Of a stretch of DNA of 64,000 nt, positions 31,047 through 42,483 are shown one piece after another. This stretch comes from Candidatus Limnocylindria bacterium (GTDB taxonomy: Bacteria > Chloroflexota > Limnocylindria > QHBO01), in contig DASVDT010000011.1 of NCBI GenBank assembly GCA_036380955.1, forward strand, positions 1,985-65,984, given 5' to 3'. The position numbers and the translations under genes were made by a program. The notes under the pieces were generated by a model. It was not told where the DNA came from and ran no database searches. It was given only the letters and a program-made list of their open reading frames with translations. Every line of letters begins with the position of its first letter. The stretch's first letter is position 1.

Positions 31047-33119
31047 ATGAGACGGACCAAGTGGAATGCGCTTGCATTCCTCTTCTCCGGGGCGCTGATC
31101 CTGGCCGCCTGTGGCCAGCAGCCGGGCGCTTCGGAATCCGCCGGCGAGGAGCCTGCAAGCCAGGAGCCCGCGGCGAGTGGCGAGGAGCCCACTGGGGGCG
31201 AATTCGCCGACACGATCACGATGGCGCTGGATGCGCAGGTCGGCAACATGTCGAACGCCAACACCGACGTTCCGACGGGCCGCATCACCGCCCTGATCTA
31301 CGACTTCCTGTACACGCTCGACGACACCCTGACCCCGGTGCCTCAGCTCGCGTCTGACCTCTGCGATGTCAGCGAAGACGAGATCACCTGGACCTGCACG
31401 ATCGTCGACAACGCGTTCTTCCACAACGGTGACCCCATCACCGTGGACGACGTCGTGTACACCTATCAGCTGGCCATCAGCCCGAACTGCACCTACAACC
31501 CGTCGGTCTGCCTGACGGACTTCGCGTCGAACGTCGAAGCCGTGGATGACTCGACGGTCCAGTTCACGCTGATCGAGCCGTACGCGCCGTTTGCGACGGT
31601 CATCCTGCCTGGCATCGGCATCGAGTCGAAGGCCGTCATCGAGGCCGCGTTCGAGGAGTACTCGGGCGGCACCGAGGGCCTCGCCGCCGAGGACGTCCAG
31701 GCCATCGTCGACGAACTGACCGCCACCTCGACCGCCGAGGAGCTGGATCCGGCCGCGTGCACCGCTGCCGCGGACGAGGCCACCCCGATCCTCGAGGGTG
31801 CCGGCGTGGAGTTCGGCTCGGCCGAGGACTTCGCCGTCGAGGACGATCCGGAGACGGCTGACGTCGACGAGACGAGCACCGGTGAGTGCGAGTTCGCCGA
31901 CAGCCTGATCATCCCGCTGCAGAGCATTGCTGACAGCCTGTCGGCCGAGGGCATCGATGCCGTCGCCGCTGCCTACCAGCTGCTCAGCTTCAACCGCGAC
32001 CCGGTGGGCTCGGGCCCGTACCAGGTCGAGTCCGTCAGCCTTGAGGGCGTCGTCCTGACGGCCTTCGAGGACTACTGGCAGGGCGCCCCGGTCACCCAGA
32101 CCATCGAGATGCCGATCTTCACCGACGTTGCGGTCGCCGCGAACGCGCTGGCCGCCGGTGAGCTCGACTGGGTCAACGACCTCACGCCGGACGCACGTGC
32201 GGCCGTCGCGAACGCCGTCGACGCTGGCGACGTCCAGCTGGCCGAGTACAACGACTTCGGCAACTACGACCTGCAGTACAACATGCACGAGTCCACGACT
32301 CTGCCGAACGGCGAGGAGTGGCAGGGCTTCTTCTATGACGTGAACCTGCGCAAGGCCGTGCAGTACTGCATCGACAAGGCAAACCTCGTGGACGTCGCCA
32401 CCGATGGAAACGGTGTGCCGATCGAGGCCGACATCCCGCCGGCGTCGTGGGCATTCAACACCGATCTCCACCCCGTGGAGCGTGACGTCGACGCTGCCAA
32501 GGAGTTCATCGAGACGGCCACCGTCCACACCTGGACGATGGGCGACGATGGCATCTACGTGAACGAGGATGGGGAGCCGCTGTCGGCGCTCGTGCTCGTC
32601 CGCGCGGGCCAGCAGGACCGTGTCGACTTCATGAACCTGCTCAGCGAGCAGGTTGCAGAGTGCGGCATCGACATCCAGGTCGAGGCGGCTGACTTCCAGA
32701 CCGTCCTGATCCCGTCGCTGACCTACCCGCACATCCCGCCGGGGCAGGACGAGCCCTGGAGCGCCTACTTCGGTGGCTGGGGTGTCGGTGTGGATCCGGA
32801 TCCCTACGCGCTGTTCCACAGCTCGCAGTGCTCCAACGAGGAGCAGCCGGACACGTACAACTACGTGTGCCTGCAGGATGACGAGATCGATCGACTGATC
32901 GAGGAGGGCCTTGCCACCTCCGATCAGGCCGAGCGCACCCAGATCTACTTCGACTACCAGGCGCGCATGCAGGAGCTGCAGCCGTACCTGTTCGCGTGGT
33001 CAAACGTGAACGCGGACGGTCTCTCCGCCGGCATGACGTACGACGACGGGCCGCTCGAGCTCGATTCGCCGCTCTGGGGTTGGAGGCGAGAGCATCTCGC
33101 CAAGTCCGTCTCGGAGTAG
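31047..33119 (+). CDS. ABC transporter substrate-binding lipoprotein, family 5 (peptide/nickel, OppA/DppA-like)
   Basis: GGAGGGAG RBS, then MRRTKWNALAFLFSGALILAACG lipoprotein signal. Family-5 SBP-like body followed by the cognate permeases. The upstream part of the track ORF is not coding. Confidence 0.9.
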   Translation: MRRTKWNALAFLFSGALILAACGQQPGASESAGEEPASQEPAASGEEPTGGEFADTITMALDAQVGNMSNANTDVPTGRITALIYDFLYTLDDTLTPVPQLASDLCDVSEDEITWTCTIVDNAFFHNGDPITVDDVVYTYQLAISPNCTYNPSVCLTDFASNVEAVDDSTVQFTLIEPYAPFATVILPGIGIESKAVIEAAFEEYSGGTEGLAAEDVQAIVDELTATSTAEELDPAACTAAADEATPILEGAGVEFGSAEDFAVEDDPETADVDETSTGECEFADSLIIPLQSIADSLSAEGIDAVAAAYQLLSFNRDPVGSGPYQVESVSLEGVVLTAFEDYWQGAPVTQTIEMPIFTDVAVAANALAAGELDWVNDLTPDARAAVANAVDAGDVQLAEYNDFGNYDLQYNMHESTTLPNGEEWQGFFYDVNLRKAVQYCIDKANLVDVATDGNGVPIEADIPPASWAFNTDLHPVERDVDAAKEFIETATVHTWTMGDDGIYVNEDGEPLSALVLVRAGQQDRVDFMNLLSEQVAECGIDIQVEAADFQTVLIPSLTYPHIPPGQDEPWSAYFGGWGVGVDPDPYALFHSSQCSNEEQPDTYNYVCLQDDEIDRLIEEGLATSDQAERTQIYFDYQARMQELQPYLFAWSNVNADGLSAGMTYDDGPLELDSPLWGWRREHLAKSVSE

Positions 33120-33127
33120 TTCCACAC

Positions 33128-33210
33128 CGATGTGGGGCGGCCACGGCCGCCCCACATCGATCGTTCGAACCAGGGGTGGGTGACGACCGCAAACGACCGT
33201 CATCCACCCC
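33128..33210 (+). terminator. Two tandem GC-rich stem-loops between the SBP and permease genes (intra-operon attenuator/terminator)
   Basis: CGATGTGGGGCGGCC-AC-GGCCGCCCCACATCG (33128-33159, perfect 15-bp stem) and GGGGTGGGTGACG...CGTCATCCACCCC (33173-33210, one mismatch). Confidence 0.6.
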
Positions 33211-33289
33211 ACTCACCAATCTTCGCCGGCTCGGACTAGACTGAACGTCCTTCATCCCCGGAGACGGGCAGCAGCGAGATCAACGCGAC

Positions 33290-34252
33290 ATGCTCACCTA
33301 CATCATTCGCCGGATCATCCTCGCCATCCCGATTCTGCTTGGCGTCGCGATCATCTCATTCCTGCTCGTCTACCTCGCCCCCGGTGATCCGCTGGCCCAG
33401 TTCCGCGTGCCGAACGTGCGGCCGGAGGTGCTGGATCGACTGGCCGAGATCTACGGCTTCAACAAGCCGCTGCCGGAGCAGTTCATCGGCTGGATCACCA
33501 ATTACGTCCAGGTCTGGAACCCTGACGCCTGGGGCCTGAGCATCACCTATCGGCGTCCGGTGCTCGAGCTCATCGCCGAGCGCACGCCGGCCACGCTGCT
33601 GCTGATGGGCACATCGCTGGCGCTGACCGTCGTCATCGCCGTACCACTCGGCATGCTGGCCGCGGTCAAGCAGTACAGCTGGGCCGACAAGATCGTGACG
33701 ACCTTCGCCACTATCGGCTACGCGATGCCGTCCTTCGTGCTCGGCACGTTCCTGCTTTACATCGGCGCGATCTGGTTCCGAGTCTTCCCGTTCGGCGGCA
33801 TGACGAGCAGCCTGCGCGTCGAGAGCAACCCGCTCGACATCGCCTGGCACCTGGCGTTGCCCGTCGCGAGCCTTGCCATCCAGAGCATCGCCGGTTGGTC
33901 GCGCTACATCCGAGCCAGCATGCTCGAGGTGCTGCACCAGGACTACATCCGCACGGCCAAGGCAAAGGGCCTCAGCGCCAACCGCGTGAACTTCCGGCAT
34001 GCGCTGCGCAACGCCCTGATACCCGTCGTGACGCTGTTCGGCCTGTCGCTGCCGGCATTGATCGCCGGGGCCGTCATCACCGAGACGATCTTCTCCTGGC
34101 CTGGCCTTGGATCGTTCGGGGTGACTGCGATCGGCCAGCGCGACTACCCGGTGATCATGGCCTTCGTCCTGCTGGGCGGCATCGCCGTGGTGATCGGCAA
34201 CCTGGTGGCCGACATCCTGTACGGGGTCGTCGATCCCCGCATCAAGTACTAG
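33290..34252 (+). CDS. Peptide ABC transporter permease (DppB/OppB-like)
   Basis: Six-TM BPD-transporter layout with a conserved N-terminus MLTYIIRRI...LLGV..ISF. Confidence 0.9.
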   Translation: MLTYIIRRIILAIPILLGVAIISFLLVYLAPGDPLAQFRVPNVRPEVLDRLAEIYGFNKPLPEQFIGWITNYVQVWNPDAWGLSITYRRPVLELIAERTPATLLLMGTSLALTVVIAVPLGMLAAVKQYSWADKIVTTFATIGYAMPSFVLGTFLLYIGAIWFRVFPFGGMTSSLRVESNPLDIAWHLALPVASLAIQSIAGWSRYIRASMLEVLHQDYIRTAKAKGLSANRVNFRHALRNALIPVVTLFGLSLPALIAGAVITETIFSWPGLGSFGVTAIGQRDYPVIMAFVLLGGIAVVIGNLVADILYGVVDPRIKY

Positions 34253-34264
34253 GGGAGCGCAGCG

Positions 34265-35205
34265 GTGGCCGACAGGACGTACGACGACGTCACGCAGCTC
34301 CCGGTCGACGATACCGAGGACATCGACAGGACCGAGGTGCGCAGCTACTGGCAGCTGGCGCGCCGACGCTTCGTCCGCCACCGGCTGGCCGTGATCGGTG
34401 CGATCACCCTCGCCGTCCTGATCGTCGCTGCTGCCGTCGTGCCCCTGGTGGTCGAGAACGCGACGGGCGTCGACATCAACAAGAGCTTCGCCGCGGCAGA
34501 GATCGTCGACGAGGAGGGCAACCTGGTCCTCGCCTTGCTCGGCTACAGCCGGACCGGGATCAACATGTTCACGCAGCTGATGGCGGCCACCGCGACGTCG
34601 CTGATGATCGGCTTCGCGGCGGTCCTGATCATCGTGTTCATCGGCGTGGTGATCGGTGCGATAGCCGGCTATGCGGGCGGCTGGGTCGACAACCTGCTGA
34701 TGCGCGTGGTCGACATCGCGCTGTCGATGCCGGGCCTGTTCATCATCATTGCCTTCGTCGCCTTCTGGGGCGCCAGCATCTGGACCATCATCCTGGCCAT
34801 CGGCATCACCGGCTGGACGACCGCCGCGCGGCTTGTCCGCGCCGAGTTCCTGTCCCTGCGCGAGGCGGACTACGTCCAGGCCGCGCGCGCGCTTGGCGCC
34901 AGCCCGCGCCGCATCATCCTGCGCCACATGCTGCCGCCGGCCCTGGCACCCATCATCGTGGCCGCCAGCCTCGGCGTCGCCGACTCGGTCGTGCTCGAGG
35001 CCGCCTTGAGCTTCCTCGGCTTCGGCATCGGTGCCGAGCAGGCCAGCCTGGGCACGCTGCTGAACGTGGCCTTCGAGTACCTCAACCGCGAGCCGTACCT
35101 GGTCCTCTTCCCGAGCATCGTGCTCATCCTGATCGTCCTGGCCGCCAACTTCCTGGGCGACGGCATGCGCGACGCGCTCGATCCTCGGCAGCGCGTCGAG
35201 CAGCA

Positions 35206-35209
<4 letters not shown>
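34265..35209 (+). CDS. Peptide ABC transporter permease (DppC/OppC-like)
   Basis: N-terminal cytoplasmic tail then TM helices. Conserved segment [25 protein letters not shown]. Confidence 0.9.
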
Positions 35210-36266
<1,057 letters not shown>

Positions 36267-36270
<4 letters not shown>

Positions 36271-37364
36271 CGACCCAGCCGACGGCCACCGACATGACGG
36301 GCAGCGAGACAAGCTCCGGCCAGACGAGCGCCGAGCGCACGGTGGCGCGCGGCGGGGTTGCCGCGGCGCCCCTGCTCGCGGTGGACGACCTCGTGAAGCA
36401 CTTCGAGATCCGCGGTGGCCTCATGGGCATCAGCAAGCTCGGGGCGGTGCGCGCCGTCGACGGCGTGAGCTTCACGGTGACCGAGGGCGAGACGCTCGGC
36501 CTGGTGGGAGAGTCGGGCTGCGGCAAGACGACGCTGGGCAAGGTCATCCTGCGCCTGCTGCCGCCGACGTCGGGAAGCGTCACGTTCGAGGGCAAGCCGC
36601 TCTTCGAGCTCAACAGCCGGGAGCTCAAGGCCGCGCGCCGCGACATCCAGGTGGTGTTCCAGGACCCGTACGCGTCGCTGAACCCACGCATGAGCGTGGG
36701 CGAGATCGTGGGCGAGGGCCTGTATGTGCACGGCATGACCAACAAGCGCGAGCGCGAGGCCGCGGTGCGCGACCTGCTCAAGCGGGTCGGACTGAACCAG
36801 CAGCACATCCACCGCTATCCGCACGAGTTCTCCGGTGGTCAGCGCCAGCGCATCGGCATCGCGCGAGCCCTTGCCCTGCGCCCGAAGTTCATCGTCTGCG
36901 ACGAGCCGGTCTCGGCGCTCGACGTGTCGGTCCAGTCGCAGGTGCTCAACCTGCTCAGCGACCTCCAGGACGAGTTCCAGCTGACCTACCTGTTCATCGC
37001 CCACAACCTGGCGGTGGTGCGGCACCTGTCCAGCCGCGTCGGCGTGATGTACCTGGGCAAGCTGGCCGAGCTGGCCGAGGCCGACGACCTGTACGAGAAC
37101 CCGCGGCACCCGTACACGAAGGCCCTGCTCTCCGCCATCCCGATCCCGGATCCCACCGTGCGGCGCGAGCGAATCGTCCTCAAGGGCGACCTGCCCTCGC
37201 CGGCGAATCCGCCCTCGGGTTGCCGGTTCCACACGCGCTGCCCGATGGCGCAGGAGATCTGCAAGGTGGAGGAGCCGCCGCTGCGCGACATCGGCGGCGG
37301 GCACCTCAGCGCGTGTCACTTCGCCGAGGACGTCACCCCGCTCAAGGAGCGCCGCGCTTCCTAG
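36267..37364 (+). CDS. Peptide ABC transporter ATP-binding protein (DppF/OppF-like)
   Basis: [17 protein letters not shown] and [15 protein letters not shown] overlap upstream. Confidence 0.9.
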
Positions 37365-38647
37365 GCTCGCGCGTCGCCGGGGTCCGGCGCCGGAGGCGGC
37401 GGATCGGTCCGAATCTCGACCTGCTCGCTGCCGTCGGGACGGCGCGTGCGGGTGACGTGGATATGCGGGTGCGTCTCGTCGCCGACCTGCTCCTTGGCGA
37501 CGCTCACCATGACGTGCTCGTCGACGTCGCTGAGCCGCTCCTGCTCGGGCAGCGCCGCGTTGGGGACGGTGCCAAAGGCCAGGTAGCTCACGAAGACCCA
37601 GATCACGGCGATGACCGGGATGCCGAACAGCGCGCCCCACACGCCGGCGACCTGGGCGCCGAGGAGCAGGCCGACGAGCACGAGGATCGGGTGCAGCCCG
37701 AGCGCGCCGCGCATGAGCCGTGGCTGAAGCCAGTTCACGAGCACCGTCTGGACCACGACCAGGATGACCGTCATGGGGATCGCGGCGCCACCGCCGAACA
37801 GCACCGCGCCGACGACCGGTGGGATGAGCGCCAGGGGCGGCCCGAAGAACGGGATGAGCATGGCAAGCGCGCTCATGGTTCCCCACAGGAACAGGTACGG
37901 GATGCCGAACGCGGTGCCCAGGACGACGACCAGCACCGCCTGCATGGCGGCCAGGATGAGCTGAGCGCGCAGGAAGCCGCCGAAGGCGCGGACGATGCTG
38001 CGCTCGAAGAGCGCGCTCTCGTCGCGGTAGCGGCGCGGGACGGCGGCACGCAGCCGGGTGAGGATGCGATGCGAGTCCATGAGCATGTACAGCGACAGGA
38101 CGATGATCAGCAGCAGCGAGCCGAGCGCGGCGATCGTGACGCCCGCGATGCCCTCCGCCTGCTCGACGATGTCACGGCCGATCTGCTCGACCTGGGTCAC
38201 GGCGCCGGCGTAGAGGTCGGTCAGGTCGATCGAGAGCCGGCCGAACTGGAGCGAGCGCTCCCAGTCGCCAAGCGTGGCGAGGATGTTGCGCTCCGTCTCG
38301 GGGTAGCTGTCGGCCAGCTCGGCGACCTGCTGCGTCATGGCCGAGCCGGTGTAGAAGAGGGCGAAGCCGAGCACGATGAGGACGAGCAGGTAGGTGGCCA
38401 CCACGATCGGTCCTCGTGGCGCGTCGAAGCGCTGCTCCAGCCAGGCGACCAACGGCGACATGACGAACGCCAGCAGCCAGGCCAGGAACACGACGATCAC
38501 GATCGACCCGAAGCCACCGACGACGGCGAGCGCGCGCTCGAGCAGCAGCAGCCCGAAGTAGCCGCTGCCCAGGACGAGGAAGATCACCAGCCATCGCCGC
38601 TCGCGCGGGCCGATGCCGCTCGGCACGCCCGGCTGCGGCCCGGTCAT
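37361..38647 (-). CDS. AI-2E family transporter (PerM/YhhT-like membrane protein)
   Basis: About 8 TM helices with the family-typical organisation. ATGA overlap with the trpS stop. Its stop shares a CTAG with the convergent oppF-like stop. Confidence 0.8.
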   Translation of the reverse strand: MTGPQPGVPSGIGPRERRWLVIFLVLGSGYFGLLLLERALAVVGGFGSIVIVVFLAWLLAFVMSPLVAWLEQRFDAPRGPIVVATYLLVLIVLGFALFYTGSAMTQQVAELADSYPETERNILATLGDWERSLQFGRLSIDLTDLYAGAVTQVEQIGRDIVEQAEGIAGVTIAALGSLLLIIVLSLYMLMDSHRILTRLRAAVPRRYRDESALFERSIVRAFGGFLRAQLILAAMQAVLVVVLGTAFGIPYLFLWGTMSALAMLIPFFGPPLALIPPVVGAVLFGGGAAIPMTVILVVVQTVLVNWLQPRLMRGALGLHPILVLVGLLLGAQVAGVWGALFGIPVIAVIWVFVSYLAFGTVPNAALPEQERLSDVDEHVMVSVAKEQVGDETHPHIHVTRTRRPDGSEQVEIRTDPPPPAPDPGDARA

Positions 38648-39663
38648 CCCGGTCCGACTCCGATCGCGGCGCGCACCTCGGCCATGGTCGCCTCGACGAT
38701 CGGACGGACCTTGGCCGCGCCCGCCGCCAGCGTCTCCTCGACGACGGCCGGATCGGCCGCGAGCTGCATCCGCTTCTCGCGCATCGGCCGGAAGAACTCG
38801 ATGATCCGCTCGGCCAGCAGCTGCTTCGTCTCGACGCAGCCTGTGCGGGCGGTGCGCTCGCCGTCCTGGATCTGGAGGTAGTCGCCGCCGAAGAACCGAT
38901 GGAGGTTGCCGCACACGTTGCACACCTCCGGGCGGCCCGGGTCGGTGCGCTTGATGCGCAGCGGATCGGTGACCATGCTCATCACCAGCCGGCGAATCTC
39001 GTCGGGCTCGGCGAAGATCGGGATGGAGTTGCCGGCGCTCTTGCTCATCTTCGACTGGCCGTCGATGCCGAGGACCACGGGCGCATCGGTGAAGACCGGC
39101 TCCGGCTCGGGGAAGATCGTCCCGTATCGGCGGTTGAAGGCGCGCACGATCTCGCGGCTCAGCTCCAGGTGCGCCGCCTGGTCCTTGCCGACCGGCACGC
39201 GACTGGCCTTGTAGATGACGATGTCGGCCGCCTGGAGGATGGGGTAGTCGAGCAGCCCCATGCTGTTGTCGATGCCCTGCTCGCGCTTCTCCTTGTAGGT
39301 CGGCGTGCGCTCGGCCCAGCTGACCGGCGTGACCGTGTTGAAGATCCAGGCCAGCTCGGCGTGCTCGGGGAAGTCGGACTGGCGGATGAGGGCACACCGC
39401 TGCGGGTCGAGGCCGACCGCGAGCAGGTCGAGCACCATGTCGTGGGTCAGTCGCCGCATCTCGGCGCCGTCGTGGACCGTGGTCAGCGCGTGGAGGTCGA
39501 CGATGGCGTAGATCGTCTCGTACCGGTCCTGGAGCGCGACGTAGTTCTGCTGCGCGCCGAGGTAGTTGCCCAGGTGCGAGGCGCCCGACGGCTGGATCCC
39601 GCTGAAGACGCGCTCGCGGACACCCTTTGCCGCCTCGGTCGTGGCGTCGAGAGTCTGGCTCAT
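38644..39663 (-). CDS. trpS: Tryptophan--tRNA ligase
   Basis: FSGIQPSGASHLGNY (HIGH-type) and KMSKS motifs; 339 aa. The upstream part of the track ORF is not coding. Confidence 0.95.
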   Translation of the reverse strand: MSQTLDATTEAAKGVRERVFSGIQPSGASHLGNYLGAQQNYVALQDRYETIYAIVDLHALTTVHDGAEMRRLTHDMVLDLLAVGLDPQRCALIRQSDFPEHAELAWIFNTVTPVSWAERTPTYKEKREQGIDNSMGLLDYPILQAADIVIYKASRVPVGKDQAAHLELSREIVRAFNRRYGTIFPEPEPVFTDAPVVLGIDGQSKMSKSAGNSIPIFAEPDEIRRLVMSMVTDPLRIKRTDPGRPEVCNVCGNLHRFFGGDYLQIQDGERTARTGCVETKQLLAERIIEFFRPMREKRMQLAADPAVVEETLAAGAAKVRPIVEATMAEVRAAIGVGPG

Positions 39664-39727
39664 GGGAGGACCGAGTGTAGCGCACGCCGGTGGGCATTCC
39701 GTGCTCGACGGGCTATCGTTGCGCGCG

Positions 39728-40513
39728 ATGTTTGACCCGTGGCAGGACGCGCTCAGACCGATGCGCCGGATCGGACGCCTGATCGAGGCGCACCAGAGCA
39801 TCGGCTCGACCAACGACCGGGCGCGCGCGCTGCTCGACGGGGCCGCGGCCGACGGAGTGGTGGTCGTGGCCGAGCAGCAGACGGCCGGCCGGGGACGGCG
39901 CGGCCGCACGTGGCTGTCGCCGCCCGGGGTGAACCTGATGCTGAGCATCTGCGTTCAGCCGCGCCTCGCCGCGAGCGACGCCTGGCAGCTGGGCCTCGCC
40001 TCTGCACTTGCGGTGATGGCCGCCGCGCGCACGCACGCGCCCGTCTGGCTGAAATGGCCGAATGACGTCGTCGCCGATGACGGCCGCAAGATCGCCGGCC
40101 TCCTGGTCGAGACCATGGCCGACGGCGATCGCCTGACCGGTGCGATCGTCGGGATCGGGATCAACGTGAACTGGACGCGGGCCGCCATGCCGGAGGAGAT
40201 CGCCGACGGGGCGACGTCCCTGGCCGAGCTCGCCGGGGAGCCGATCGACCGTGTCCGTCTCCTTGCCGGCCTGCTCGAGGCGTTCGAGGACGAGCTGTCC
40301 CGGATCGAAGCCGGCGAATCGCCGATCGACCGGTATCGCGCGGCGTGCACGACCCTCGGGGCGGCGGTCAGCGTCGCGACGCCGACCGGCGTCGTTCACG
40401 GCCGCGCCGTGGACCTCGACGCGACCGGGTCGCTGGTGGTCGACGCCGCCGATGGCCTGCACACCCTCAGCACGGGCGAGGTCACGCGCGTGGCCCGGGC
40501 GGTACCCGCGTGA
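39728..40513 (+). CDS. birA: Biotin--[acetyl-CoA-carboxylase] ligase, class I (no N-terminal HTH)
   Basis: GRGRRGRTW biotin-binding loop and KWPNDV motif. At 261 aa from ATG 39728 it is too short for a DNA-binding domain. Confidence 0.85.
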   Translation: MFDPWQDALRPMRRIGRLIEAHQSIGSTNDRARALLDGAAADGVVVVAEQQTAGRGRRGRTWLSPPGVNLMLSICVQPRLAASDAWQLGLASALAVMAAARTHAPVWLKWPNDVVADDGRKIAGLLVETMADGDRLTGAIVGIGINVNWTRAAMPEEIADGATSLAELAGEPIDRVRLLAGLLEAFEDELSRIEAGESPIDRYRAACTTLGAAVSVATPTGVVHGRAVDLDATGSLVVDAADGLHTLSTGEVTRVARAVPA

Positions 40514-41073
40514 CGCACGAGCCGCTCAGCCAGTCCGGACCGGTGGACCCGGATCTTGCCGATGTGCTCGCCGCGCAGGTCGACCGTGCGGCCTTCGGCG
40601 CGCTGTATCGCCGCTACCTCGACCGCGTGTACGGGTACTGCTACTACCTGCTGGGCGACCACCACGATGCGGAGGATGTGACCGAGCGAACGTTCGTGGC
40701 GGCGCTCGCGGCGATCGACCGCTACCGAGACGAGGGCGCCAGCTTCCGCTCGTGGCTGTTCCGCATCGCCCACAACCAGCTCGTGAATGCGCTCCGCAGC
40801 CGCCGCCGGCGCCGCGCCAGCTCGCTCGACGAGGTCGTCGAGCCTGCGGCCGATGCCGATCCGGCCGGCTTCGTTGGCATGGCCGAGGAGTCGCGACGCC
40901 TGCGCCGGGCGCTCGAGGCGCTTCCCGAGGACCGCCGCCAGGTCGTCGTGCTGCGCTTCGTCGACGGCCTGTCGGCGCGCGAGATCGGCGCCGTCCTCGG
41001 GCGCAGCGAGGGCGCGGTGCGCGTGCTCCAGCACAGGGCGCTGCGGCAGCTGGCCCAGGCCCTCGGCTCGTGA
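40510..41073 (+). CDS. ECF-type RNA polymerase sigma factor
   Basis: Region 2 (DAEDVTERTFVAAL ... FRSWLFRIAHNQ) and region 4 HTH (LSAREIGAVLGRSEGAVRVLQHRALRQL). GTGA overlap with the birA stop. Confidence 0.85.
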   Translation: MTHEPLSQSGPVDPDLADVLAAQVDRAAFGALYRRYLDRVYGYCYYLLGDHHDAEDVTERTFVAALAAIDRYRDEGASFRSWLFRIAHNQLVNALRSRRRRRASSLDEVVEPAADADPAGFVGMAEESRRLRRALEALPEDRRQVVVLRFVDGLSAREIGAVLGRSEGAVRVLQHRALRQLAQALGS

Positions 41074-41124
41074 CAGCCGCCAACGGAGTAACGTTTCGCC
41101 TCCCGCGGTGTTAGCACGAATGTC

Positions 41125-41484
41125 ATGAGCCTCCGTCCGAGCACGGCCGAACGCCTCGACCGTGCCATCGACCATTTGCTGACCGGCACGCCGCCGGCCG
41201 TTGCGGCCGCGACTGCCGGCCTCCCGGCATCACAGCGTGCGCTGGTCGAGGCTGCCGCCTCGCTGCGCTCGGCGCTCGCCGCATCGGTCGTGGCGCCGCG
41301 CTTCGAGGCGCGGCTCGGCGCGCGCCTGTCTGGCGCCGCCACCTCTCCGTGGATCCTGCGCCATCCCGGTCGGCTGATCGTGGGTGGCGCGGTCGGCTCG
41401 GCCGTCGGCGTCGGCGTCACCGCCTATGCGGTGTGGCGCACCACCCGTCGCGCCGGCGCGGCGCATCGGCTCCTGCATCGGTAG
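41125..41484 (+). CDS. Putative membrane-anchored anti-sigma factor
   Basis: Called from position directly after the ECF sigma gene and a single C-terminal TM helix (LIVGGAVGSAVGVGVTAYAVW). No zf-HC2 motif, so the call rests on context only. Confidence 0.4.
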   Translation: MSLRPSTAERLDRAIDHLLTGTPPAVAAATAGLPASQRALVEAAASLRSALAASVVAPRFEARLGARLSGAATSPWILRHPGRLIVGGAVGSAVGVGVTAYAVWRTTRRAGAAHRLLHR

Positions 41485-41502
41485 CGCGAAGGGAGCCGTC
41501 CA

Positions 41503-42483
41503 TTGCCGATCAAGTTTCCGTTCAGCCGCCGCGCGGCCCCGAGCGATGCCTGGACCAAGTGCCCGAGCTGCGACGCCCAGGTCTTCAACAAGCAGCTCGA
41601 GCGGAGCCAGCGGCTGTGCCCGTCGTGCGGGCATCACTTCCGCATGTCGATCGGTGAGCGGATCGACCTGCTCATCGACCCCGGCACGTTCGAGGAGCGC
41701 GACGCCGGCCTCGAGTCCGTGGATCGCCTCGGCTTCCACGACGACCGTCCCTACGCCGATCGGCTGGAGGCGTCGCAGCTCAAGACCGGCCTCCGCGATG
41801 CGGTCGTCTGGGGGGTGGGCGACATCGAGGGCCGGCGCGTCGCGATCGGCATCTTCGACTTCCGATTCATGGGCGGCAGCATGGGATCCGTCGTCGGCGA
41901 GAAGCTCGCGCGATGCTTCGAGACGGCGCTGGTGGAGCGGATCCCGGCCGTCGTGGTGAGCGCGTCGGGCGGGGCGAGGATGCAGGAAGGAACGCTGTCG
42001 CTCATGCAGCTCGCGAAGACGACGGCACCGCTGGTGCGCCTCGACGAGGCCGGCGTGCCGTTCATCTCGGTTCTGACCGACCCGACGACCGGCGGCGTGC
42101 TGGCAAGCTTTGCCAGCCTCGGCGACGTCGTCCTGGCCGAGCCGAAGGCGCTCATCGGCTTCGCCGGCGCGCGCGTCGCGTCCGGGACGGTCGGCGAGGA
42201 GATTCCGGAGGGGTTCCAGAGCGCCGAGTTCCTGCTGGCGCACGGCTTCGTCGACGCCGTCGTGCCGCGCCCCGAGCTGCGCGCCACCCTGGCCCGCCTG
42301 CTTCGCCTGCTGCCGGTGCCGGCCGTCGATGACGGGGCGGAAGACGATGGCGATCGCGGCTGGGGGCCGATCGGCGCGCTGTCCGGCTTCGCCGAGAAGC
42401 TCGGTGGCGCGGTGAGCGAGACGATCGGCATCGACGTCGAGGCACCATCGGCGAACGGGAGCGGCCCGGAGGAGCGGACATGA
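41503..42483 (+). CDS. accD: Acetyl-CoA carboxylase carboxyltransferase beta subunit
   Basis: Zn-ribbon CPSCDAQ...CPSCGHH and a carboxyltransferase body. TTG start preceded by GAAGGGAG. Confidence 0.9.
   Translation: MPIKFPFSRRAAPSDAWTKCPSCDAQVFNKQLERSQRLCPSCGHHFRMSIGERIDLLIDPGTFEERDAGLESVDRLGFHDDRPYADRLEASQLKTGLRDAVVWGVGDIEGRRVAIGIFDFRFMGGSMGSVVGEKLARCFETALVERIPAVVVSASGGARMQEGTLSLMQLAKTTAPLVRLDEAGVPFISVLTDPTTGGVLASFASLGDVVLAEPKALIGFAGARVASGTVGEEIPEGFQSAEFLLAHGFVDAVVPRPELRATLARLLRLLPVPAVDDGAEDDGDRGWGPIGALSGFAEKLGGAVSETIGIDVEAPSANGSGPEERT

Noticed and set aside
39664-39727. Possible T-box or leader element upstream of trpS.
   Set aside because: The divergent trpS-birA gap is only about 64 nt, too short for a T-box. 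No specifier or T-box sequence is visible.
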